NCBI GenBank assembly: GCA_000004985.1
Contig: GG738931.1
Direction: 5' to 3' (one strand)
Length of the DNA: 64,000 nt
Source: Naegleria gruberi
Lineage: Eukaryota
Shown here: in pieces, positions 42,746 to 52,536 of the stretch
Layout: every line of letters begins with the position of its first letter
Numbering within the stretch: the stretch's first letter is position 1
The notes under the pieces: generated by a model
What the model was told of the DNA's origin: nothing
Seen by the model: only the letters and a program-made list of their open reading frames with translations
The model's database searches: none
Translations under genes and position numbers: made by a program

Positions 42746-45166
42746 TTATTGACCTAACCAAGTGGCTAACCAATCCAAAACGGTATCATACCATAACATG
42801 CTGTTTTGAGGCTTCAAAACCCAATGGTTTTCTTCAGGGAAGACAATCATCTTGCTTGGAACACCTTGTCTTTGCAAAGCAGTGAAAACAGTCAAACCTT
42901 GAGCAATTGGGAGACTTTTGATAGGTCAGTAAAAAAATAAAGATTTTGAAATACTTACCGGAAGTCCTTACCACCATGAATAACCAAAGTTGGAGTCTTC
43001 CACTTGGTAACATGGTTGATTGGATTGAACTTTTGATAGTGTTCACTATTTGTGAATGGAGTGCCTTGGTATTCAGCTTCTGGGAACCAGAGCTCATCAG
43101 TTGAATAATAAGAACTAACCAATTCACTCAAGCCATCATGAGTGACAAAACATTTGAATCTGTTGTTTTCATTGTGACCAAGGAGCCAATTGACAGAAAA
43201 ACCTCCAAAACTGGCACCAAGAGCACACATTGAATTACCATCCATAAAGCTATTAGTACTAATAAGGAAATCAGTACCCTCTATTTTGTACAAGTAATTA
43301 AAGTAGAAATTACAAGTTCAGTAAAAATAATTGAAAAAAATAACATACTTGTAATATCTTCATATGGATAGCTTCCCCAGTTACCCAAAATAGATTCCTT
43401 GAACTTCAAGCCAAAACCATCACTGCCGTGGAAGTTAATCATAATAACAGCATAACCTTGACTGGCAAAGAGTTGTGGATTCCATCTGTAGGACCAAGAA
43501 TCAGTGAAAGAACTTTCAGGTCCACCATGAATCAAGTTGGCGACCTTATACTTCTTGCCTGAATTGAAATTAGTTGGTTTGAAAACCCAAGCTTGAACAC
43601 GTTCACCCAAAGCACCAATAAAGTATTGCTTTTCTGGTTTGGCCAAATTGAAAACAGCCAAGTGAGGATTGTGATCAGTCAAATAAGCCATTCCAAAGTG
43701 ATTGCTTCCACTTCTCTTAAGGAGGCAGAGTTCAGATGGCTTGATATAACTATCAAATGAGAAAATAGCACTAACACCAGGAGAAACAACAACAACTGAA
43801 CCTGAATGACCTTCATTGGTGATTGGAGTAACAGTACCATTGAAACCAGTAGAAATATCGAGAAGGGACAAAACATTGGCACCATCATTACTGTATCCAA
43901 TAATCAAATGACTGGCATCGAACCAAACAATGTCACCAATGGATCTATCAAGACTTTGAGATTGAATTGATTGATTAGTTCTATCAGTCAAAATATTGTA
44001 CATGTTGACGTGAAGATTATCACTTTCATGGCCTGGCTTGGTCATTGCCAAATAGGCCAAAACTTCGTCTTGGAATGGAGAGAAGGTTGGATTTTGAGTT
44101 CTAGCTTCGGTGAAACCAGTAATCTTCTTCAATTCAGAGGTGGAAATAGGTCCAGATTGAGTATTGTAACCATAGACATCAGCAACATAAATCTTCCAAC
44201 CAGTGGTCCAAGCAACTCTATGACTATTAATTTCCAAATTAATAGCAACATATCTACCAGTCTTGGAGATGTCATATTGTTCTTCACCTCCAAATGGTGG
44301 AATTGGAGAGTCAGAATCCATACCAAACATGGTATCCCAAGGTTGATCAATCAAGCTCAATGAAGAACCAACTTTAACCTTTTGTAAAAGGACATGTGAA
44401 ACCTTTCCTTCAGTGATATAATAATCCCAGTGTCTAACAAACAATTTAGTATAGACATAACCAGTGTTAGAACCCTTATTTTCCCATTCATCATTCAATT
44501 GCTTAGAGCATGATAACAATTCATTTCTATTCTTACAACTAGTGTAAACCTTAGCACTGAATGCAATATAAAAGACACCATTATTAACAGACTTGCTAAT
44601 CTTGTATGATTCAATTGGAACATCATAATCAGTCAATCTGGCAATTTGGCTTTCATCTCCATTAACTGGAACAGAGTAAAGTTGTGGACTGTTAGCACTT
44701 CCTCTACTAGTACTCAAAAACAAGATGAATTGACCATCTGGAGTAAACTTTGGAGAGAAATCATTACTTCCTTCCTTGAAACGAATAATCTTTCCACTTT
44801 GAATTTCCAACAATTCAAGAACAGATGTTGATTTTCCAGTCTTTGAGCTCTATTGATCAGTATGATCATTAATAATTAAATTCCGATCAATTAATCCAAT
44901 ATTATTATTATCAAACAATAAATTATCATCTCTCCAAATTACTACTTTAATAAACCTACCCATTGCTTTACAGAATAAACAGCATAACGTCCATCCACTG
45001 AAACAGAAGCACCAGAAACCTTTTGCAATTCCTGAACATCTCTAATAGTAAGAACTGGAGCATCGGTTGATGATGCAGAGTACTTGGTTGAATTTACGGG
45101 AATGTTACCACCCAACACAAGCACAGCCGATAAAAGTACAACCAAGAGGGCGAATAAAACCTTCAT
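42746..45166 (-). CDS. secreted prolyl-oligopeptidase family (S9) serine peptidase (beta-propeller plus alpha/beta hydrolase), 4 exons 45166..44960, 44849..43349, 43280..42959, 42914..42746 (732 aa)
   Basis: Signal-peptide exon MKVLFALLVVLLSAVLVLG. Nucleophile GASFGG. VIHGGKD and Asp/His regions. Introns of 110, 68 and 44 nt with matching phases. The CDS length is divisible by 3. Confidence 0.75.
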
Positions 45167-45690
45167 AGTTGTTGAGTGTTGTTTAATTTTTTTTTAAGAG
45201 TAAGAGAGAATGGACTTGTTACAGTTCAGTGTGAGGGATCAATTTAGTTGTTTGGCTTTCAATGGGATGAGGTTTAAGTTTAACATGTTGTAACTGGTGG
45301 TCGTGTGGAAATATTTAGTTGGATATTATGAGGAAGTTGGCATAAATATCTGTTAAAAATCTTTATTACTGACAACTTAGTTTTTGATTGAGCAAAACAA
45401 GAAAAACCAAAATAAAAAGGAAGGGTGGTACGTGGATCGAACACGTGACCATCGGATGTCTGCTGCAAATAGCTTTGCAATCCGGAGCTAACCGCCCTGA
45501 CATTAACTTGTTAAAAATTAACCTCATTTTCCAATAATTCAATCTAACAATAATTGGTATGTTCAATACTGTTTGTAATTTTGCCGACATTAGATATTTT
45601 TCACTTGATCTTCTATTGCCTTATTCACTTGTTAACAATCACAAATCCTTCCATCCAGATTTCAAATTAAAAAAAAATCAACACACCAAA

Positions 45691-47552
45691 ATGTCCAAAC
45701 TCGATCTCGACTCCAAGGCCAAACAAGCCTTCGATGATGTGAGCAATTCCAAACTCACCTATGCCTTGTTGAAACACGAAGGTACCTCCAACAAGGTTAT
45801 TGTTGCCTCCACCGGTGATGATATTTTGGATTTAATTGACGACTTGAATGATGGTACAATCATGTATGCCTTGATTCGTTTCGTCATTAACGATGCTACC
45901 AAATTTGTCTATGTGGTAGGTTTTTAATTTACATCATCATGTTTATATATCACATTGCGATTAATAATTGTTCTTATTTAAATTTAATTTTTGTGATGAT
46001 CACATCGCACTCAACTGTGATGATTTTAATGAAAATATTAAAAATTTAATGATGATAATGATTGTGTGTGGAATTTAAATTTGACAACAAACACAGGGTT
46101 GGTGTCCTGAAGGTATTGCTAATCAAATCTTCAAAGGAAAGTTCCAAAACTGGAACAAGGATATGGAATTCTATTTGTATGTTGTGTTTTCGAATAGTTG
46201 CAATTATTAACAGTTTTTACTTTCAACTTGTCAACTTATATGACATATAATTACACATCATCAAAATGTCCAATGTGGAAAATTAATCAAATTCAACAAC
46301 AAAATTTAAATTTCACAGGAAGGGAAGATACCACTTGTCAGTTTATGCTCGTAACGAAGAAGATATTGATCAAGCTTCTTGGATTAAGAAACTCAAAGTT
46401 GGTGCTGGTTCTTCCTACACACAAAGTTCAAATGCCAAGGATTTGACAATTTCACAAGCCAAGCAAAATATTGCATCATCAAAGACCGATGTTAAAAAGA
46501 CTGAAGTTGCGATTGATGACAGTGAAAGAAACAAATTCTGGGAAAAACAACAAGAAGAACTCAAGAAACAAGAAGAAAAGAAGAAGCTCCCACCACCAAG
46601 ATCTGACTATAAAAAGACAGATGAAAGAAATCAATTCTGGCAAGGTCAAAGTACCTCCACAACTAGTGGATCCACTGTTGTGAAGAGTAGTGATCGTATT
46701 AGTGAAATTCAACAAATCAAGAATAATAGTAATCAATTTTGGCAAAAGCAACAAGAACAACCAGTTCCAGAATCTGACAACAAACCAAAGGAAGTTGTTC
46801 GTGGAAACAAGGATTTGTTCAAAAAGTTCGAAAGCATGAGTGTTAAAACTGAAGAATCAAAACCTGTTGCCAGACAACCAATTTCAACTGGTGCTGCCAA
46901 GAAGCCAGTTTTCCAACCAAAGCACGAAGAACCAGTTTATGAGGAACCACAACATCATTATGAAGAACCAGTTCAAGAAGAATCTCACTATGAACACTAT
47001 GAAGAACCACAACAAGAAGAATCTCACTATGAGGAGCCACCACAACAAACTTATCATCAACCAAGAGTTCCACCTCCATTCCATCAACCACGTTATGATT
47101 CCGAAGAAGAAGAAGAGCCAGAACAAGAACCAGAACCTGTTCAAGAACCAGTTAACAATAAGCCATCTAAACCAAAAGGGTATGTTTTATTCAATAATTG
47201 ATTACTGACATTTTAATAGATATTTGGAAAGACAAGTTGAACAAGGAAATATTTCTCCATCTCAAGCTGAAGAAATTATTGCAAAGCCAACCAAACTTCC
47301 ACCTCCTCCAGTTCCAACCAAACCAAAGTATCCTGAATTGGTTGCTGTTTTTGATTTTGAGTAAGTATTTTAAATATTTTGAAATTTGATTTTTTAACAC
47401 ATTACAACAGAGGTCAAGATGGTGAAGAACTTTCATTCGCTGAAGGTGATACCCTCTATCTCGTTCAAGATGAAGGTGAATGGTGGTTAGCTGAAGATAC
47501 CAATGGTCAACAAGGTTACATTCCTTCAAACTATGTTGAATATAAAGAATAG
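45691..47552 (+). CDS. ABP1/drebrin-like actin-binding protein: N-terminal ADF-H domain, charged and Pro-rich middle, C-terminal SH3; 5 exons 45691..45915, 46097..46176, 46319..47179, 47220..47360, 47411..47552 (482 aa)
   Basis: The ADF-H domain spans exons 1-3 (KFVYV|GWCPEG...FYL|[16 protein letters not shown]). Proline motif [12 protein letters not shown]3: [39 protein letters not shown]. All donors are GTAGGT, GTATGT or GTAAGT. Confidence 0.75.
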
Positions 47553-47581
47553 TAATTGTAATAATAAAAAACTCTTGTAAA

Positions 47582-48994
47582 TTATTTATTTTTAACTGCC
47601 AAATCATATCTATTTCTGTAATAAACCTTAACATCACCTCTTATGATGATGTGATATTCATTAATCTCATTCTCATTTCCAAAAATTGTAACTCTATCAT
47701 CAACTTCCTCAGTTAAACTCTTTGTACAAAGATCAATACCTTCCCATGAATCATACAAAACAAGTGCCTTGTAATTGGATGCATCTTCTTCCTCATCGCT
47801 TTCCATTAAAAATCTACCAATCTCATCATCACTCAAATCGTCCAAGAGAGGAAGATTGACCTTCTTTGATTTCTTCTTTTCTGAAACAGGTGAAGCTCTC
47901 TTTGGTTTCTCACTCTCTGGAACCAGGTAAACGCTTCCCAATCCCTTACACTCAACAAATTCAATGCACTCTGTTGGTTTCAAAACTAGAGAACATGTCT
48001 TTGAAAGCACCTTCTTTAAACTGTAGAAAAATATGGAATTATGATCAACCTTTTCCTTCTTACTCACATGTACATCATTGTAAAAGTTGTCAGTTTTAGT
48101 TCTTTCAGAGGAGAATTTCTCTCTCATGTTTTGATTTACAACTGGAGAAGGCAAAACATCTCTCCTTACCTCTTCTGTCGAAATATCAATGACAAAATCA
48201 ATATTTGCTCTACTCGATCTTGTACTCATTGAGAGAGGTTCCAATCTTGGTGTACCTTCTGTGGTATCTAATGAAGGTGCTTCATCAAACTTTAGAGCTT
48301 CTGTGATATTGAGTGAACTTCTACTCTTTGAGATTTTCAGTTTTGGCAGTTCAACACTTTGCTCTGTTGTATGAACATGTAAAGGTGATATCCATGGATT
48401 GGCATCTTCTCCAGTGGGTGAAAGACTCATTGGTGTGTTTCTGAATGAGGAATATTGACGATGTTGAGGAATGAATAAATTTGAGGGAATCTGAACCGAA
48501 ACATCAGCTGAGGATCTAGTTTTGAGTGGTTGTGGAATGGATGCAAGTGAAGTATGAGGTCGGTCATCAAATTTAACTTCTTCAAAGTCGACATGTGTTG
48601 GTGTATGTATATCGTGCACTCTCTTTCTCCGAACCTTGCTATTATTTGAATTAGCTCTCCTCATAGAACCTTCCTTAGTGGCCAAAACTTTATGCTGTTG
48701 AGCACAATTGGAAGGTGTTAATGATGCTTCTGTTCGATTATATAGGATTGCCTCTGAAAGACCCAAATCTTCCAAGGAAAATTCACCATTCTTAGGGGAT
48801 ATATTTGTTGTTTTATGATGACTAGGTGTGCTGAGGGAGGAAGAGCTTCGTATGGTGCTTAATTTATCTTGTTGTTGCTGTTGATGATGAGAGAATATTC
48901 CCAACTCAAAGTCATTATCTGAATTTTCTGTTATTGTCGATGAAGATGAATCACCCGAAGATAAAACAGAAGTACTATAGGGCCTCTTATACAT
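47582..48994 (-). CDS. hypothetical 470-aa protein, S-rich disordered N-terminal two thirds, structured C-terminal ~130 aa
   Basis: ATG at 48994, single exon, convergent with ABP1 (stops 30 bp apart). No domain recognised. Confidence 0.45.
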   Translation of the reverse strand: MYKRPYSTSVLSSGDSSSSTITENSDNDFELGIFSHHQQQQQDKLSTIRSSSSLSTPSHHKTTNISPKNGEFSLEDLGLSEAILYNRTEASLTPSNCAQQHKVLATKEGSMRRANSNNSKVRRKRVHDIHTPTHVDFEEVKFDDRPHTSLASIPQPLKTRSSADVSVQIPSNLFIPQHRQYSSFRNTPMSLSPTGEDANPWISPLHVHTTEQSVELPKLKISKSRSSLNITEALKFDEAPSLDTTEGTPRLEPLSMSTRSSRANIDFVIDISTEEVRRDVLPSPVVNQNMREKFSSERTKTDNFYNDVHVSKKEKVDHNSIFFYSLKKVLSKTCSLVLKPTECIEFVECKGLGSVYLVPESEKPKRASPVSEKKKSKKVNLPLLDDLSDDEIGRFLMESDEEEDASNYKALVLYDSWEGIDLCTKSLTEEVDDRVTIFGNENEINEYHIIIRGDVKVYYRNRYDLAVKNK

Positions 48995-49593
48995 TTCGAT
49001 GAATTCTGCTTAACTACCTTAATACACTTTGCGATTGAAAATAAAGAGAATCTTCTGTTTTAAATAATGACGCCACTGCTGCTAATAGTGAATGTCTTGT
49101 TTTCTCACTTTTTTTTCTTCGTTTAATACTTATTAAAGCTCTATCATTTACAGATATAGATTCGCATTATTAATTGTGCACAGAATCGTTCCATGTTTGG
49201 TGCTATGATAAACGACTATTGTACATCTGACGCAGCAAAAGCAATGTATGCTGTGGTAGAATATATTTTCCGTTTTATATTAAGGTTACAGAAACCCGAT
49301 AATGATTGAAAGGAGGTTATTATAACTTTTGTTGATAGAAGCAAAATTTTGACAGAAAAATCAACAAATCGTTGATGCAAGTATGAAAATTCTTTATTTC
49401 CAAACATGAAACAGTGTTGAATGATTCTTGTCTTTATGCGTATTGTCAGCATCTAAATTGTCAACTTATTACAGACCTCAATAAAGGAAATGAGCTTTGA
49501 CAAAAAACCTGAGAAATTGCTCAGTTACTTTTTTGAATGTAGGATTTTTAATTATTAAAATTCACAAAGCAATCGCTTGCAAGCTTTGTAGTT

Positions 49594-49849
49594 TTTTTAT
49601 AGTAGTGATGTGGTTTTGTTGAAAAGATGAATACCGATGATAGCTCAGCTGGTAGAGCATGGGACTGTAGCAAGAAAAACTGTCATCCTGTGGTCGGCGG
49701 TTCGATTCCGTCTCATCGGATACTTTTACCACACAAAGCAATTAATCAATTTTAATTATGACACTTGTTCAATCGAATTTTTAAGACACTTCTGCTTATT
49801 GTACAGTTTTGAATTCTATAAGATCCACATAACTCAAATTTTCTAAGCG
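49594..49849. repeat. left arm of a ~250-bp inverted duplication carrying tRNA-Tyr
   Basis: About 40 bp upstream and about 130 bp downstream of the tRNA are colinear, in inverted orientation, with 52112-52345. There is a 23-bp indel and a few substitutions. Confidence 0.6.
49634..49720 (+). tRNA. tRNA-Tyr (anticodon GUA) with a 14-nt intron (CAAGAAAAACTGTC) at the canonical 37/38 position
   Basis: Acceptor stem CCGATGA/TCATCGG. D-arm GCTCAGCTGGTAGAGC. Anticodon stem TGGGA/TCCTG with loop CTGTAG. T-arm GGCGGTTCGATTCCGTC. Followed by a T4 run. Confidence 0.85.
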
Positions 49850-49919
49850 AATATAAATAATTTTGTTTTAAGAAAAATGTATTATCTTCAGTACAGTTTA
49901 CGTTTTACTTTTAAAAAAA

Positions 49920-50750
49920 ATGCTATGGGTAGAAATGGAGGTGGACATCCCACCAAAACAACAAGCAAAAAGAACACTCAAAGCCTTCGCTAAAATAATT
50001 CAGGTAAGGTGCCAAATAAGAAGACAATTTGACACAAGGCCAAAACAAATTGTTGGAGACAATATAGTGTCAGCAGCTAGATCAACGATCCTTGTTTATG
50101 TTGAGACAAACTCTAGAACAAAACTGGAAAATTTTTTGTTGGCTACTTACCACGCCTTCAAAAGATATTCCCTGTTGTTTATTGCTGATACTCAAAACCA
50201 ACATATAAGACAATCTGTTATACAGGCTCCTAGAAACCCTCCCACTAGTGGTAACGAAGACAGCAGTGACGATACCACATCTATCAAGAGCATTTCACTA
50301 CCTGTACAAACAAATAATTCGCCCAGTAACAGTACTGATACTAAATGGGCTTTATTAGAAGCCTATTTAATTGAGTTGAAAAGAGTTCCTTCTGGCTCGG
50401 AATCAGGCAATATTTCTTCAAGTTACAACTTAAATCCAACAGAAGAAATTATTCATGATACCCATAAAAACAAACCAAAAGTTACATCACCACCAAAACC
50501 AATCAAACATTCTCCAACCCTACAAAGAGCTGTGATACATTTCAAATGGANNNNNNNNNNNNNNNNNNNNNNNNNNNNNNNNNNNNNNNNNNNNNNNNNN
50601 TTGGAGAATGTTTTGGATGCATTGATTAGATTTAATGGAGATGATGAAGCCAAGATTGGATATGCTTTTGAAAAACTAAGACTAAAAGATGACAGAACCG
50701 CAAAATCCATTACAAGATGGTTGTTTTCAACCTTATTGACTAAAGATTAG
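49920..50750 (+). CDS. hypothetical protein (about 276 aa, interrupted by a 50-N gap) located inside the Pol III island
   Basis: ATG at 49920. The ORF spans the gap in frame. A GTAAGG donor-like site at 49947 could mean an intron. No domain recognised. Confidence 0.3.
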   Translation: MLWVEMEVDIPPKQQAKRTLKAFAKIIQVRCQIRRQFDTRPKQIVGDNIVSAARSTILVYVETNSRTKLENFLLATYHAFKRYSLLFIADTQNQHIRQSVIQAPRNPPTSGNEDSSDDTTSIKSISLPVQTNNSPSNSTDTKWALLEAYLIELKRVPSGSESGNISSSYNLNPTEEIIHDTHKNKPKVTSPPKPIKHSPTLQRAVIHFKWXXXXXXXXXXXXXXXXXLENVLDALIRFNGDDEAKIGYAFEKLRLKDDRTAKSITRWLFSTLLTKD

Positions 50751-50982
50751 ATTCGTTATGAATATTTCGATATACTTAAGTTGTATAAGCAACCTCAATT
50801 CCGAGTTTTAAAAACAATACTGGGAAAAGAGAGGTTCTGTTTAGTTTGGGTATTTCATCGTACCATCAATCACTGGAGAATCAATTAATGACGAATTAAG
50901 AATCAATTAATCAATTAAGATTTAAGATGTCTTTAAGTTTATATTATACACAATGTAAGGCTGACCTTCTCAATGAATATAA

Positions 50983-51031
50983 GCCGTCATAGCTCAGTTG
51001 GATAGAGAACAGGACTTCTAATCCTGGGGTC
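50983..51031 (+). pseudogene. tRNA-like 5' fragment (acceptor, D and anticodon arms; anticodon UCU, Arg-type) lacking a T-arm and 3' acceptor strand
   Basis: GCCGTCATAGCTCAGTTGGATAGAGAACAGGACTTCTAATCCTGGGGTC. The downstream sequence cannot fold into a T-arm or pair with the 5' acceptor strand. Confidence 0.3.
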
Positions 51032-51437
51032 ATTTTATCTATATTGGAAATAACATCAGACCCTTAGCTTGAATTTATTTTATTATTGTTGTTTTTTTGA
51101 TCCTCATCATTAGCTCTGTAATCTGTTTCACATATAATTGTATCCATTATTGTTGGCCACCCTTAACATTGAACATTTTGATTTCAATGATTTGTTGTAA
51201 TCATGAGCTCATGTTGTCAATCAAGGAGATGGGTTCGATCAATATCATTACAATCTCAATTTTCAATAACTGGACCAAGGAAATTCATTTATAATTCAGA
51301 TTTTATGATTATGAATGGCAACAATTTGTCAATTATTACTCTTTTTCCTTTGCAATTTTAGTAAAATTAGTAATCGAAGAGTAAAAGATCTTATCGACGA
51401 TGTTTGCCTTTTGTTCACTTTATTAAGGTAATTGAAT

Positions 51438-51556
51438 GGCTACGGCCATATCACGATGAATGCACCTCATCCCGTCCTATTTGAGAAGTTAAGCATCGTC
51501 GAGCCACATCAGTACTGAGGTTGGAGACAACTTGGGAACCTGTGGTGCTGTAGTCT
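51438..51556 (+). rRNA. 5S ribosomal RNA gene (about 119 nt)
   Basis: GGCTACGGCCATATCAC...CATCCCGTCC...GTACTGAGGTTGGAGACAACTTGGGAACCTGTGGTGCTGTAGTCT. The 5' GGCUAC pairs with the 3' GUAGUC. Followed by TTTTT. Confidence 0.8.
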
Positions 51557-51560
51557 TTTT
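51556..51560 (+). terminator. Pol III oligo-T terminator (T5) directly after the 5S gene
   Basis: A TTTTT run follows the 5S 3' end. Confidence 0.6.
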
Positions 51561-51815
51561 GGCTTTTGAAAACTGATAACTTTATTGAAATAATCCTTTT
51601 TTTATTTTCCTATAAACAACATGCTCATTCATCATTACAAAACATGAACCAAGTTTGTGTCTAGAAACAAAAATTAGTTCATGACAGAATTTGTTTTGCA
51701 AGTCTGATCAGAACAGAACTACTTTCTTAAAATATAAATTTCTTTTCATGAGAATAAAAAACAATGAAGGTGGTTTGAAATCAAACAATAAGAAAAAAAC
51801 AAAACGAACAACATA

Positions 51816-52046
51816 ATGCAATTATTTGTCAAAACACTCACTGGAAGAACTATCACTTTGGAAGTTGAATCTAATGATTCAATTGAAAATGTGAAAAGAA
51901 AAGTACAAGATAAGGAAGGAATTTCACCAGATCAACAAAGACTCATCTTTGGTGGAAAACAATTGGAAGATGGAAGAACTATTGGTGATTACAATCTTCA
52001 AAAGGATTCAACTCTTCATTTAGTATTGAGATTGAGAGGTGGTTGA
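51816..52046 (+). CDS. single-copy divergent ubiquitin-like protein, 76 aa ending in RGG-stop with no C-terminal extension
   Basis: [76 protein letters not shown]. Thirteen differences from canonical ubiquitin (I3L, K11R, G18S, S19N, N21S, A28R, I30V, P37S, A46G, L56I, S57G, I61L, E64D). K6, K27, K29, K33, K48, K63, L8, I44 and V70 are retained. Confidence 0.8.
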   Translation: MQLFVKTLTGRTITLEVESNDSIENVKRKVQDKEGISPDQQRLIFGGKQLEDGRTIGDYNLQKDSTLHLVLRLRGG

Positions 52047-52111
52047 ATAATCAAAGTCAAAGATTCTCAATTATTGTATATAAATTGATATTAGTACAAT
52101 TTCTTTTTGGA

Positions 52112-52345
52112 ATGTTCGCTTAGAAAATTTGAGTTAGGTGGATCTAATAGAATTCAAAACTGTAAAATAAGCAGAAGTGTCATAAAAATTCGATTAATTG
52201 CTTTGTGTGGTAAAAGTATCCGATGAGACGGAATCGAACCGCCGACCACAGGATGACAGTTTTTCTTGCTACAGTCCCATGCTCTACCAGCTGAGCTATC
52301 ATCGGTATTCATCTGTTCTAAAAAACCACACAACTACTATCAAAA
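52112..52345. repeat. right arm of the inverted duplication carrying the second tRNA-Tyr
   Basis: The reverse complement aligns with 49594-49849. The flanks diverge beyond about 40 bp on the outer side and about 130 bp on the inner side. Confidence 0.6.
52219..52305 (-). tRNA. tRNA-Tyr (GUA), second copy, identical including the 14-nt intron
   Basis: The reverse complement of 52219-52305 equals the 49634-49720 gene. Confidence 0.85.
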
Positions 52346-52536
52346 ATTTCTCTGTAATTTGTTTAATGGCTTCTCAATGAAGAAACCTAACCGGCACAGT
52401 ATTTGGCCCAATCAAATTATTATAATTCTCCAGTTAAATAATCAACATCCATTACTTTAGAACTCAGCTTGCTGTTGGGGCCCAAATTATTTTGTTTCTC
52501 AAACGAAAAAAATACCAACAAATACGAATCCACAAG

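Noticed and set aside
49920-50012. Intron in the hypothetical ORF inside the Pol III island (CAG|GTAAGG at 49947, ATAG at 50010)
   Set aside because: A 64-nt intron would break the frame, whereas read-through keeps a 276-aa ORF. Left as a single exon with low confidence.
50983-51060. Possible complete tRNA-Arg(UCU) gene, perhaps with an unusual intron in the T-loop
   Set aside because: No sequence downstream can pair with the 5' acceptor strand, and the putative T-stem would enclose a 27-nt loop. Kept only as a tRNA-derived fragment.
51097-51294. 65-aa ORF between the tRNA fragment and the 5S gene; similar small ORFs at 26570-26764 and 28203-28391
   Set aside because: Short, no start context, hydrophobic or odd composition, and located in intergenic AT-rich DNA.
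49594-52345. The interpretation that the inverted repeats are terminal inverted repeats of a DNA transposon
   Set aside because: No transposase-like ORF and no target-site duplication are visible. The repeat arms are simply duplicated tRNA-Tyr genes with flanks. Retained as a segmental inverted duplication.
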